Assembly: GCA_963662795.1 (NCBI GenBank) | Contig: OY759746.1 | Location: 3,616,001-3,680,000, forward strand | DNA from: Spirochaetia bacterium | Lineage (GTDB): Bacteria; Spirochaetota; Spirochaetia; CADAEX01 | Direction of reading: 5' to 3' | DNA length: 64,000 nucleotides | Shown: positions 53,695 through 64,000 of the stretch, piece by piece | Layout: each line of letters begins with the position of its first letter | How positions within the stretch are numbered: position 1 is the stretch's first letter | Notes under the pieces: model-generated | Seen by the model: only the letters and a program-made list of their open reading frames with translations | Told to the model about the DNA's origin: nothing | The model's database searches: none | Translations under genes and position numbers: made by a program

Positions 53695-55884
53695 TTGATA
53701 TATAATTATTTACCAATGACTGCATTTAAAATTAAAACAGAATTTCAGTTTTTTAATAATATTTTTTCTTTCTTTTTTATTTTTCTCACTTTTATAACTG
53801 GATGTGAAGCTGTAGAAGTAATTAAAAAAGATAATCCTGCAGAGAGAAGTATTGATTTGATGACTGCGGTTTCAGCATATTATGACGGCAATTTTAATGA
53901 ATCTATCTCTTTGTTTGAAAGAATAATTCTGGAAAATCCGGCAAATCCCGATGCTGTGCTGAGTCTGGCAAGGCTTTATGAGGAGTCCGGCCGCCATTTA
54001 GAGACAGCAGAATTATTAAAATCAGAAAGCTTCTTGACTGAAACAAACAAAAAAAAAGAATCTTATTCAAAAAACAATAGCAGGACATTTTCAATGTGGG
54101 AAGACAGCGCCCTGCCGTTCTTTTTATCAGGAAATAATGAAGAGTATGTTCGGAAGACTGAATCTTTAATTCAGAATATGACTTTAAAATCCAATGATGA
54201 TATACAGCAAAAACAATCACAGATGGATGAATTATCAGAAATGTTTTTTTTTACCGGATGGGCATATGAAAATACCGGCGCAAAAGATAAAGCAATAGAT
54301 TCATTTGAATCTTCCATCAGGATAAGGGAATACTTTCCTTTAGCGCATCTTGCCCTTGGATTACTGTATTTTAAAAATAATGATTTTGAATTGTCTGAAA
54401 AACATCTTCGTACAGCTCTCAAACAGGATTCCAATATCACGCAGGCACGGCCATATCTTGCAAAAACTTTTCTTGCTCAAAACAGATTGAATGAAGGATA
54501 TGCAGAACTTCAAAAATCAATGGCAATCAGACCGTGGGACAGGGAAACAAAAGAGATACTTACAGTTTTTGAAAAAAATAATCCTGCAATTATTAAAGAG
54601 AAAGAAGAATTTACTGCTAAAAAAAGAATTTCATCCTCCGTCCCCAAAGCAATTTCCATTACAGACGATAGAGACACGATGCCTCAGATAAGAGTGGGAC
54701 TTGCAGAAAATTCAAGTGAATTATTTATCAAAACAGGAGGGGATTTCATTATAACTTCCCAGTCTGGGGAACATCTTCTTAAGGGTAATAATAATCAGAT
54801 TTACAGAATTGTATTTGATCATAATAATATTGTAATATCCTCAACAAATGATGAAACGGTTCTATCTATTTCAAAGCCGATCTCGCTTGTTTATGATAGT
54901 CCATTCTCAACAACTCTGATCTTTGATATTTTACACAGCAGCGGATATCAGTCGGCAGGACAGGAAGACAGAGACTATAGAGGAAAAATATCCTTTATCC
55001 CTTTTCAGAATAATGGAATTACAATAGTTAACACGCTGCCTCTTGAGGAATACCTTTATTCTGTCGTTCCATCAGAAATGCCATCTTCCTGGCCTGAAGA
55101 GGCGCTTGCCGCTCAGGCTGTCGCTGCCCGCTCTTATACGCTTGCAAATATGGGAAAATATGAAAAACGGGGATTTGACCTTTCCGGTTCCATTCATTCC
55201 GCATTCTACCGCGGGCTGTCCGGTGAAAACACTAAAACTACTGCTGCTGTAGAAAAAACCCGCGGACTTTTTCTAAAATATGAAAACAGTTATCTTAATG
55301 CATTCTATTCCGCCAATTCTGCAGGAAGAACAGAATCTGCAGAAAGTGTCTGGAAGATGAATGCTCCGATAATTGGAGTAACCGATCCTCAGCTTGTATT
55401 TAAAACCAATCCTCCGTCCCCATGTGAGCTTACCAGGTGGATATTATCAGAACCTCCGTCATACAGCTCTGTTCCACCTTTTTACTACAAATCTTCATAC
55501 CGATGGAGAATTATTGTTCCCAGAGAGGAAATAGAAGCAAGAATAGGAAATGATATCGGTACTGTATTAAGAATTACAACCCGTGGACGGGGAATGAGCG
55601 GAAGGGTAAATGAGGTTCTTGTTGAAGGAAGTAAGGGGAATGAAATAATCCGCAATGATTCGATAAGAAACCGTCTCGGCGGATTACGCAGCAACCTTTT
55701 TATTGTCATGCCTAAAATGGGAGAAGACATGATTCCGCAATTCTTTATTTTTGCAGGAGCCGGATGGGGTCACGGAGTTGGCATGTGCCAGACTGGTGCG
55801 GCAGGAATGGCATCTGAAGGATTTTCAGCAGAAGAGATTCTTAAACATTATTATCCGCTTGCTGATTTAATAAAAGAATATTGA
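53695..55884 (+). CDS. TPR plus SpoIID/LytB lytic transglycosylase-domain protein
   Basis: TPR repeats; LEEYLYSVVPSEM, ALAAQAVAARSY, GWGHGVGMCQTGA, ILKHYY. Confidence 0.9.
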   Translation: MIYNYLPMTAFKIKTEFQFFNNIFSFFFIFLTFITGCEAVEVIKKDNPAERSIDLMTAVSAYYDGNFNESISLFERIILENPANPDAVLSLARLYEESGRHLETAELLKSESFLTETNKKKESYSKNNSRTFSMWEDSALPFFLSGNNEEYVRKTESLIQNMTLKSNDDIQQKQSQMDELSEMFFFTGWAYENTGAKDKAIDSFESSIRIREYFPLAHLALGLLYFKNNDFELSEKHLRTALKQDSNITQARPYLAKTFLAQNRLNEGYAELQKSMAIRPWDRETKEILTVFEKNNPAIIKEKEEFTAKKRISSSVPKAISITDDRDTMPQIRVGLAENSSELFIKTGGDFIITSQSGEHLLKGNNNQIYRIVFDHNNIVISSTNDETVLSISKPISLVYDSPFSTTLIFDILHSSGYQSAGQEDRDYRGKISFIPFQNNGITIVNTLPLEEYLYSVVPSEMPSSWPEEALAAQAVAARSYTLANMGKYEKRGFDLSGSIHSAFYRGLSGENTKTTAAVEKTRGLFLKYENSYLNAFYSANSAGRTESAESVWKMNAPIIGVTDPQLVFKTNPPSPCELTRWILSEPPSYSSVPPFYYKSSYRWRIIVPREEIEARIGNDIGTVLRITTRGRGMSGRVNEVLVEGSKGNEIIRNDSIRNRLGGLRSNLFIVMPKMGEDMIPQFFIFAGAGWGHGVGMCQTGAAGMASEGFSAEEILKHYYPLADLIKEY

Positions 55885-55926
55885 AAATGATATTCATCAT
55901 CTTAAAAAAAAAGAGATTATTTTTTC

Positions 55927-56361
55927 TCAGGCGGATAATACCTCTTTAAGTGTTAAAACATAATCTCTGATTTCATCTCTTACCCGTCTGTAAATTCCAA
56001 GAACATCTTCTTCAGTTGCAGCATTTTTTGCAAGACGGGGCGGATCATCAAAACTGTGATGTATTATTTTTGTTTTTGCGGGAAAAAAAGGACAGTTTTC
56101 ACTTGCATGATCACAGACTGTAATAACATAGTCAAAATTCTGGTACGGCAGTTCTGACGTAATTTTACTTTTATGAGACGATATATCCACTCCGGCTTCT
56201 TTCATAACTTTTACAGCATTTATATTTAATCCATGTTTTTCAATGCCTGCAGACCAGGTTTCCGCGATATCTGAGATAAGATGCCTGGCCCATCCTTCTG
56301 CCATCTGGCTTCTGCAGGAATTGCCTGTGCACAGGAACAGTAGTTTTGGTTTACTTTTCAA
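55927..56361 (-). CDS. arsC: Arsenate reductase, thioredoxin-dependent LMW-PTP type
   Basis: CTGNSCRSQMAEG, TVCD...CP, DDP. Confidence 0.92.
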   Translation of the reverse strand: MKSKPKLLFLCTGNSCRSQMAEGWARHLISDIAETWSAGIEKHGLNINAVKVMKEAGVDISSHKSKITSELPYQNFDYVITVCDHASENCPFFPAKTKIIHHSFDDPPRLAKNAATEEDVLGIYRRVRDEIRDYVLTLKEVLSA

Positions 56362-56690
56362 TTATTTCCAACTCCCATGTACTTTCGATTTCGGTCAATA
56401 TTCATTCTAATGACATTCTCAATACATCCTATAAAATCAAGGAGGCATTTGCATCTGAGTGAGTAATAAACTGTTGTCCCTTTTTTAGTATCATCGATTA
56501 TTCCGGCATTTTTTAAGATTGAAAGATGTTTTGAAGTGGTTGACTGGTCAATGCCTATCATTTCTGCAAGTTCACATACACAGTAAGGTTTTTCATTCAA
56601 CTTATCCACTATGAATATCCTTGAGGGATGGGCAATGGCCTTAAGAATCGCGGCCCTCCCCTCGCTTTTATATTTTTCATCTTCAGTCAT
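56358..56690 (-). CDS. arsR: ArsR/SmtB-family regulator
   Basis: LKAIAHPSR, CVCEL, QSTTSKHLSILK. Confidence 0.88.
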   Translation of the reverse strand: MTEDEKYKSEGRAAILKAIAHPSRIFIVDKLNEKPYCVCELAEMIGIDQSTTSKHLSILKNAGIIDDTKKGTTVYYSLRCKCLLDFIGCIENVIRMNIDRNRKYMGVGNN

Positions 56691-56757
56691 TGTTACACCC
56701 TGATATATTTTACATTTATATCAGACGATTATCAAGCTTATATATTGACCATTTACT

Positions 56758-56785
56758 GCATATATGACTATATTGCCATATATGC
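56758..56785. promoter_or_regulatory. Probable ArsR operator in the divergent promoter region
   Basis: Perfect IR GCATATATG-N10-CATATATGC, just downstream of a TTGACC -35-like hexamer. Confidence 0.6.
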
Positions 56786-56808
56786 TTTTAAAAAGATAGG
56801 GAGAGAAG

Positions 56809-57053
56809 ATGAAAATCCAAATATTTGGAACAGGCTGTTCCAAATGCAGAACACTTGAATCCAATGTCAAAGAGGCCCTAGCAGAAACAACTCTTGATGC
56901 TGAGATTATCAAAGTAACAGACATAAACGAAATAATGGAATTCGGTGTCATGATGACACCTGCGCGCTTGCCATAGATGGAGAGGTCAAAAGTTCAGGAA
57001 AAATTCTCACAAAATCTCAGATAATTGAACTTTTAAATAATTACAGCAATTAA
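56809..57053 (+). pseudogene. Small redox-active disulfide (MTH895-type thioredoxin) protein, frameshifted
   Basis: MKIQIFGTGCSKC...GVMMTPA; an extra GC in CCTGCGCGCTT breaks the continuation LAIDGEVKSSGK. Not in the ORF track as such. Confidence 0.85.
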
Positions 57054-57065
57054 AGGATAATAAAT

Positions 57066-58228
57066 ATGGCTAAAAAAGTGCTGACTCAAAACAGCAGATT
57101 GCTGATTCTTTTTTCTGTTTTTATTGCTTCTTACTTTATCCCGTTTTCAAATACTGCGGTTCAATCCGGTATAAGCAAGCGAAGCCTTTTTCATGCTTCA
57201 GGAATATGCCAGAGAGCATGTTCTTTTGTGTCTTGTACCGGCTTTTTTCATTGCGGGGGCAATAATGGTTTTTTTAAACCAGCAGGCCGTTATAAAATAT
57301 CTCGCCCTGAAGCAAATAAATTTACCGCAGACTCTGTTGCCTCGGTTTCTGGTGCAATTCTTGCAGTCTGTTCATGTACCGTTCTCCCTTTATTTAAAAA
57401 AATATATAAAAAAGGGGCAGGAATCGGTCCTGCAATCAACATACTTGCGATAATCCTCACAGGAAAGGTTTTAGGATGGCAGATTGGCCTTGCCGGGGCA
57501 ATAGGTGCTGTTTCATTTGCTTTCCTTATTGGTTTTCTTATGCACGTTTTCCTCAGGAAGGATGATGAAAAAAGACTGACAGATGACCGTATGTTCCATC
57601 AGACAGTAAGTGATGACAGCGGAAGGACTCTGGAGATGAATATTCTCTATCTTTTTTCTATGGTAGGGATTCTTATTTTTCTTAATTGGGCCCCTTCAGG
57701 CGGTACACTTCCTCTGTGGGATTTTATATATAAAAACAAGTATTTCATAACAGGTATTTTCTTTATAGCACTCAATATTATGCTTGCCAGATGGTTTTCA
57801 AAAGATGAAATAAAAGAGTGGATAGTTTCAACAAGGGATTTTTCCATTCAGATAATCCCCCTTCTTTTTTCAGGAGTTCTGGTTGCAGGTTTTTTATTGG
57901 GCAGGCCTGGCCATCAAGCTTTTATTCCTACAGAATGGGTAGCAGGCCTTGTTGGAGGCAATTCAATCATATCAAATTTGACAGCTTCCATATCAGGTGC
58001 TTTTATGTATTTTGCCCCTCTCACCGAAGTACCGATTATGCAGGGGCTTATCGGGGCAGGTATGGGTAAAGGTCCGGCACTCGCCCCGCTGCTCTCAGAG
58101 CCATACCTTTCCCTTCCTTCAATGCTTGTAATTCACAGTGAACTGGATTGAAAAAGACAATTGTCTACGTAAGCCTTGTGATAATAATGTCAGCTTTAAC
58201 CGGAATGGCTTATGGAATATTATTCTGA
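57066..58228 (+). pseudogene. ArsP/DUF318 permease with multiple frameshifts
   Basis: Fragments EYAREHVLLCLVPAFFIAGA, LAVCSCTVLPLF, GAFMYF-LTEVP and KKTIVYV lie in different frames; AAGC duplication near 57173. Confidence 0.85.
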
Positions 58229-58239
58229 CATTTTTTAAA

Positions 58240-59205
58240 TTAAATTATAGTTATAAGAATTTTTAAAACAGGTACGGTTAGAATCATAAAAATCATTGAA
58301 AAAAACCAGCATGTATTTGCGAGGTCAAGGTCCAGATCATAAAGCGTGGATGGAATCATGGCAAGTATGGCTACAGGCATAGATGAAAGTATCAGTATTA
58401 CCTTTAATGGCAATCCCTTATCAATCTCACCAAGGCCGGTATATTTTGCAAATAAAAAAGTAATAACCGGAACCGCAAGATATTTTATTGGCAGTACTGC
58501 AGATGCTTTAACTGCGCGCTCTTTCATTTTGCCGAATTTCAAAGCCATACCTATTGTAACAAGCATTGTAAATGAGGAAAGGGGAATTATTACTGCATTT
58601 AATGGTTTAAAAAAATCCGGACGTTTAATCCCTGACAGATTCAAAATAAATCCTGTCAGAATACTTATTATTACAGCAGATAACAGAGGATCAAATTTGA
58701 TCTTTGATTTCCTGTTATTTTGATTATTCTCTTTTCTAATACCGAATGTCCGCAAAAAAGGAAACCCGATTAAATAATAAAATAAATCCTCAAAAAGTTT
58801 ATAAAACGGGACAAACGCGAATCCTTTTTCTCCAAGAAAAGAATAACAGACAAGGGCTCCGATGTTCCCGATATTTGTAAAAGAACCACAGGCGATAAAT
58901 GCTCCGCTCTCCTTTCTGCTCATCTTCATGTATTTAGCCGTGAGCAAGGCAATCATACCACCGGAAGTCAGTGCCAATATTCCCGTTAGCGGCATAAATA
59001 ATAGTTGATGTTTCTTTAAATCCAGAATCCAGATTGATCCAATAAAAGCAACAGGATTAAGAAAAACAATAACCAATCTCTGCAATATTTTTCTTACCTT
59101 CCCGTTTATTATTGACCCGTATGGAAAAACCGAAGTAAATTGCAATATATAGCCTGTTGTCAGCCCGGAGAATACAATAAATAATGAATAAAATATTTTA
59201 ATCAA
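58240..59205 (-). CDS. AEC (auxin efflux carrier)-family transporter
   Basis: About 10 TM helices; FTNIGNIG and SSMPVA motifs. Confidence 0.75.
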   Translation of the reverse strand: MIKIFYSLFIVFSGLTTGYILQFTSVFPYGSIINGKVRKILQRLVIVFLNPVAFIGSIWILDLKKHQLLFMPLTGILALTSGGMIALLTAKYMKMSRKESGAFIACGSFTNIGNIGALVCYSFLGEKGFAFVPFYKLFEDLFYYLIGFPFLRTFGIRKENNQNNRKSKIKFDPLLSAVIISILTGFILNLSGIKRPDFFKPLNAVIIPLSSFTMLVTIGMALKFGKMKERAVKASAVLPIKYLAVPVITFLFAKYTGLGEIDKGLPLKVILILSSMPVAILAMIPSTLYDLDLDLANTCWFFSMIFMILTVPVLKILITII

Positions 59206-59403
59206 CCGGAGTTCATCCTTAAGTTAATAACCTTGTAAGGTATTATAAATTTAACTTGATTATTTATTCAGATATGTTAATATCTTTTATTATTATAAGT
59301 TTACAAATCAAAATAGTCTTATCTTTCAATTCTTAAAAAGTCATATTATTAAACAGAAAAATTATTAAAATGTCTACTTAATACTCGTACCAAGGAGACT
59401 TTA

Positions 59404-59811
59404 ATGAGATATACAATATCAGACTCGAATTTACCGCATTTTTTCTCAGTAAAAATCAGCGTGGGCATTGACCCTTTAAAAATAGAAATCATACTGAATG
59501 AAATCCTCTCGGACAGCAGGTGGAAGGCAGGGACCAGCCTGTTATTTGACTACAGTGAAGTAAATACGTACTGCTTCCCTGTCTCAAGTGTTGATACAAT
59601 CACTAAAATTGCAGAAAAAAACATGGAAAAACTCAAAGGTTCGCTTTGTGGCGTAATCGTTAATCCGCTTACAGATAAAACGATATTAAGTGTTTTTGAA
59701 ACTGTTGCAGATATGAAATCGAACCATTTTGTAAAGGTTTTTATAAACTATGAAGACGCATACAGCTGGCTGAAAGATGCTGAAACCAATCTATGTAATA
59801 TTGGCGGCTGA
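59404..59811 (+). CDS. Hypothetical protein, possibly STAS/SEC14 (SpoIIAA-like)
   Basis: SD AAGGAG; LLFDYSE and C-terminal KVFINYEDAYSWL pattern. Confidence 0.55.
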   Translation: MRYTISDSNLPHFFSVKISVGIDPLKIEIILNEILSDSRWKAGTSLLFDYSEVNTYCFPVSSVDTITKIAEKNMEKLKGSLCGVIVNPLTDKTILSVFETVADMKSNHFVKVFINYEDAYSWLKDAETNLCNIGG

Positions 59812-60063
59812 TTATATTAAAGAATATATTTACCGATAGTATTTGATTTGTTTTCGTAAAATATCTACAGAAACTCCGATATATTTTAATGTTATTTATT
59901 ATCTTGGAAAGTCCAATATTGTCAAAATAAAATGTTTTCAATAATAATATATTTATAATATAATAAATATTGCTATATACTTAATATGATAACTGCCCTG
60001 ATAACATTTATATAGCCTATTTGTTATCTCCGGTACGGATGTTTCATACAATCAGGTGGTAAA

Positions 60064-61659
60064 ATGGACCGGCAAAAAGATTATTTTTTTGATGATTTCC
60101 TTAAGATTACCGAAAGCTCTCTTGCTGGACTTGAAAATATCAATGATATTATAGAAAATCCAGCTGATGATATTTCTGATATTTTTTCGAAAAACACAAG
60201 AAAGGAATTTTCAGAAGACAATTCAGAGGGAATTAATTTTCAATTAGACGGATATGCTGAAATAAATATTTCTGAAGACAATATGATTGTTACTGCAGAT
60301 TTCTACCCCGCTTCACCGGGTAAAAATCTGATAAGTCTGGATAAAATCAAATCTATCTTATTTGAAAAAAAAATAATCTACGGTATTGACGGGGATTTAC
60401 TGTCAGAAAGTATTTATAGATGCAATACAGAAAACTGTATAGTAAAAGACATAGTAATCGCCAAAGGAATACCTTCCAAAGATGAGATTCTAAAACATAT
60501 TGTAATTGTACCGGATCTTTTTGAGCCTGATAAAATAAATACTGAAATTGAAGAGCCTGTCGATTTTAAAGACTACACCACTTATAAGATAGTTAATAAG
60601 GATCAATTACTGGCTGAAATGATGCCTCTTAAACCGGGTTTCACAGGTATTAATGTTTTTGGTGAAGAAGTCAAATACAGGAAAATATTTTTAAAGTATC
60701 TGAAACCGGGCAAAAATACTAAATTCAGTGATAATGAAATATTATCCGCATGTGATGGTGTTTTTAAATATGACAACAACAATTTCTGGGTTGATGAGGT
60801 TCTCCATGTCAACGGCAATGTTGATTATCATACAGGGAATATCAATTTTACCGGTGATGTAATAATTGATGGAGATATCAGTGATTCCTTTAAAATAAAT
60901 TCTAAGGGAAACATATTTTGCAATCAGACAATGGATGCGACAGAAGTTTATTGCGGCAATGATCTTCAGGTGAAAAATGGTATTATCGGCAGAAAAGACA
61001 GTATCGTAAAGGTAAAAGGGTCGATAAAAGCAAAATTCATTGAACACTGTTATGTTGAAGCCTATAACTCAATTTACCTCGAAATCGGTGCTTTGAATTC
61101 CTATCTTTATACAACAGACAAGTTAATTATGTCCCATAAAGGATTGATTGTCGGAGGAACAATTTATGCTTCAAACGGAATTGTTACAACCCAGATCGGA
61201 ACTGCCATGGGACCTAAGACTGAATTATACTGCGGGACGGATTTTAATATTGTAAACAGAATGAACTGGATAAGAGAAAAAACTATTGAACTTGCAACTG
61301 CTCTAAAAAAAGTCCGCGACAGACTTTTAAAAAGCAGTATTGATTTACAACAGAAAATGGAACTTGAAAAATACAGGGAACAGCTGCAGGGAGGCATCCA
61401 CAAGTTAAATGAAGCATCCTGTAATCTTTTATCAAAACTAGATAAAAACACCGAAGCAGATATTGTAGTCAGGGGATCAATATATCCCGGAGTATATATT
61501 GAAATATGCCATGTTTCTCATATAGTAAGCCGTAAGATGAACAAAGTCAGATTCAGGCTTGATAAAAAAAAGGGCAGAGTTGTGTGTGATAATATAGGTA
61601 TTGATGATATCAGGCAGGCAGAAAGTGAATACATTACTGAAAACAGAGGAAAAAGATGA
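60064..61659 (+). CDS. FapA/DUF342 flagellar assembly family protein
   Basis: ISEDNM, IAKG, GNVDYHTGNINFTGDV, LIVGG, GSIYPGV. Confidence 0.85.
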   Translation: MDRQKDYFFDDFLKITESSLAGLENINDIIENPADDISDIFSKNTRKEFSEDNSEGINFQLDGYAEINISEDNMIVTADFYPASPGKNLISLDKIKSILFEKKIIYGIDGDLLSESIYRCNTENCIVKDIVIAKGIPSKDEILKHIVIVPDLFEPDKINTEIEEPVDFKDYTTYKIVNKDQLLAEMMPLKPGFTGINVFGEEVKYRKIFLKYLKPGKNTKFSDNEILSACDGVFKYDNNNFWVDEVLHVNGNVDYHTGNINFTGDVIIDGDISDSFKINSKGNIFCNQTMDATEVYCGNDLQVKNGIIGRKDSIVKVKGSIKAKFIEHCYVEAYNSIYLEIGALNSYLYTTDKLIMSHKGLIVGGTIYASNGIVTTQIGTAMGPKTELYCGTDFNIVNRMNWIREKTIELATALKKVRDRLLKSSIDLQQKMELEKYREQLQGGIHKLNEASCNLLSKLDKNTEADIVVRGSIYPGVYIEICHVSHIVSRKMNKVRFRLDKKKGRVVCDNIGIDDIRQAESEYITENRGKR

Positions 61660-62012
61660 AATCCATCCTTATAATTGATGATGATGAACTTCTCGTCGAA
61701 AGCCTTGAAATTGTTCTTAAAAATGATAATTTCAATGTGACAACTGCCAAAAACGGGAATATTGCTCTAAAGAAGCTTGAAATGTTTGCTCCTGATATAA
61801 TTCTTCTGGATATAATTATGCCTGACATGGAGGGTATCGAATTTTTGAGGAGAAGAAAATCACTGGGCAGCAACATCCCGGTAATCATGATGTCGGGAAA
61901 TCCTATCGGGATGGATTTTTTCAGGGTTGCCAAATTATTGGGCGCAAAAGACAGCATTAAAAAACCTTTTTCAAAAAAAGAACTTCTTGATTTAATTTCA
62001 AGATATGTATAA
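61656..62012 (+). CDS. Single-domain response regulator
   Basis: LIIDDD, LDIIMP, MSG, KPF; ATGA overlap with the FapA gene. Confidence 0.92.
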   Translation: MKSILIIDDDELLVESLEIVLKNDNFNVTTAKNGNIALKKLEMFAPDIILLDIIMPDMEGIEFLRRRKSLGSNIPVIMMSGNPIGMDFFRVAKLLGAKDSIKKPFSKKELLDLISRYV

Positions 62013-62039
62013 TTATTATTTGTCGATTTAATACTTTAT

Positions 62040-64000
62040 TCAAACCGGTAAAAATATTTTAACAGATGTATAATCTTTTACTTTACTTTCAATATGTAAA
62101 AAACCATTCATCTGTTTTACATAATTATTAACCAGAGACAGGCCCATTCCTCTTCCTATTCCCCTGGTGGAAAAGTAGGGATCAGTAAGGAGCTCCAGGT
62201 TTTCAGAAGGAATCCCCTCCCCTGTATCATTGATTTCAATCAAGATGTAATTACAATCATTTAAATCATATCTTGCGTTTAAATGAAAAACACTGTTCAA
62301 AGGAATATTCTGTGTTTTGATAGATATCTGACCTTCATATTGTATCGCTTCGAGTGAATTTTTGTATAGTTCAATAATTGAATCACAAAAAATTTCTTTT
62401 GCAGAATTGATCAGCCAGATGCCTGAAGAAAATAAAAAATCTGTTTTTATCCTGATTGAGTGCCTCAGCTGGTATTCAGATATTGTATTTTTAATCATTT
62501 CATTTACATTAATCAGTTCACCGGCAGCGCTTGAATATTTGCCCATCGTATTTATCAATTTTTCAATATTTATTGAAGCCTTCCTTGTTTCACCAATTAT
62601 TTTACTGGACAACATAAGGACATCTGAACTTTCCCGCTCTTTCATTGACAATATTTCAGTTAAACCCATTATTTTCATCAGGGAATTATTAAAATCATGC
62701 GCAACTCCTGATATAAGGTAATTTATTGCCTGGCTTTTAATATGTTCACGTTCAGCTTTTATTACAGCACTTTCAACAGTAATATCCCTTATAATACAGA
62801 TCATGTTGGTTAGTTTTTTATTGATGTCATTTACAGGTACAATTCTTATAAACCCAGTATATGTATCATTGTTTTTTTTGGTTATTGTTATATTTTCTTC
62901 CCAGCCGTTTTTTACCGTTTCATCCTTTTTTATAATTGATGAGATATCACCTTTGTCGATACTATTAATAACTATATTTATGTTTTTCTTTTCAAGTTCA
63001 TCCCTGCTATACGCATTAAAATTACAAAATGTATCATTACAGTATTCTATATTACCTTCAGTATCAGTAATGACAATCATTTCCTTGAGCAATCCAAGCA
63101 TCATATTTAATTTTTTTAATTCGTTACCGGTTTCAACCCATCCAGTAACATCTCTGATATAAAAATTAAACAGCTCTGTTTTTTTATTTTTCTCATTCAC
63201 AATCGGCTGTATTTCAATATCACTCCATCCACCTTGACACTCTGTTACTATAGAATACTTCTCTTTCATCTCCGCAGCTTTTATCATACCTTCAAGTCTT
63301 CTTGCAAATTCTTCTTCTGATAAAAAATCCTTAAGATTTGCTTTTTTATTTTTTGATATTTTCAGATTAAACCGTTTTTCGGCGGCCTTGTTTGCCTCCT
63401 GAATTTCACCGTTGATGCGTACTTTAATGATCATTAAATCTGTTTTTGAAGTTATAAGACTATTTTCTTCATATAACTTTTTAAGATTTTTTCGAATGAT
63501 AACAATACGTGTAAAAAGAAATAATAATATCACAATCGTGAAAAAAAGAATTAGATTATACAATATGTGCTGATGAATAGATTCAACAAATGAAACTTTT
63601 CCGTAATTTTCATATGGCCCATATCTTAATTCTTTCATGCAGTCTTTCACACTTTCATAATTCTCAGGTATAGTCCATAAAATATTATAATTAAGCCTTC
63701 CCGCCGTATCAGAATCTCTAACAAGCAGCTCTTTCATAATATGCAGTGCCAGAGTTTTTGATCTAAAACTGACCATTGCAAGCGGCCATTCAGGATAATG
63801 TGCTGTTGAATGAATAAATGGTAAATTTTCATTATTATGAGCTATTCCCCCTATATTTTTCACCTGCTGTTTTGTAATTAATTTTCTGGAAATCATATTT
63901 TCGACTGTTCCCGATCTTACAATACCGGCGTCATATTTGCCATCTAAAACTGCACTTACAACTTCTTCATGGGATCCTAAAAAAACAAGAGATTTAAAAC
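62040..64000 (-). CDS. Sensor histidine kinase with an extracytoplasmic PhnD-like binding domain and two PAS domains; 5' end outside the window
   Basis: Frame stays open to the window edge (FLGSHEEVVSAVLDGKYDAGIVRSGTVE; STAHYPEWP), then TM, PAS, GVAHDFNN, DTGEG and GRGMGL. Confidence 0.85.
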   Translation of the reverse strand, partial: FKSLVFLGSHEEVVSAVLDGKYDAGIVRSGTVENMISRKLITKQQVKNIGGIAHNNENLPFIHSTAHYPEWPLAMVSFRSKTLALHIMKELLVRDSDTAGRLNYNILWTIPENYESVKDCMKELRYGPYENYGKVSFVESIHQHILYNLILFFTIVILLFLFTRIVIIRKNLKKLYEENSLITSKTDLMIIKVRINGEIQEANKAAEKRFNLKISKNKKANLKDFLSEEEFARRLEGMIKAAEMKEKYSIVTECQGGWSDIEIQPIVNEKNKKTELFNFYIRDVTGWVETGNELKKLNMMLGLLKEMIVITDTEGNIEYCNDTFCNFNAYSRDELEKKNINIVINSIDKGDISSIIKKDETVKNGWEENITITKKNNDTYTGFIRIVPVNDINKKLTNMICIIRDITVESAVIKAEREHIKSQAINYLISGVAHDFNNSLMKIMGLTEILSMKERESSDVLMLSSKIIGETRKASINIEKLINTMGKYSSAAGELINVNEMIKNTISEYQLRHSIRIKTDFLFSSGIWLINSAKEIFCDSIIELYKNSLEAIQYEGQISIKTQNIPLNSVFHLNARYDLNDCNYILIEINDTGEGIPSENLELLTDPYFSTRGIGRGMGLSLVNNYVKQMNGFLHIESKVKDYTSVKIFLPV

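Overview
AT-rich bacterial chromosomal DNA, most likely from a free-living anaerobic spirochaete (inferred from spirochaete-type S21, RecJ with a central insertion, LPP20-like lipoproteins and FapA). Bases 1 to about 18300 look like a decaying genomic island ending at a tyrosine integrase with a nonsense mutation next to tRNA-Val(TAC). It carries a nitrogen module: a GAF histidine kinase, an NtrC-like regulator that has lost GAFTGA, gdhA, a divergent 995-aa receiver/PEP-synthase-like dikinase, and amtB. It also holds a stand-alone MshEN mini-protein, an IS30, two nested IS3 elements, an orphaned Dam-type methylase whose partner gene survives only as a tail, and a DUF2335-like gene pair. The rest is mostly core genome: lipoproteins, rpsU (apparent ATC start), M23, recJ, recO, lon, a VanY-like carboxypeptidase, ddl, U32, ilvD, an aminotransferase, phoBR-like genes, TPR-SpoIID, ars genes, fapA and two-component genes. 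Two accessory operons stand out there. One is an Arn-like envelope-modification locus with an ATP-grasp ligase and a NitT/TauT importer (31.1-38.3 kb). The other is a sulfur-trafficking operon of split YeeE, TusA, an atypical TrxR and two exported rhodaneses (38.4-43.1 kb). All product calls come from motifs recognised by eye; no database searches were run.
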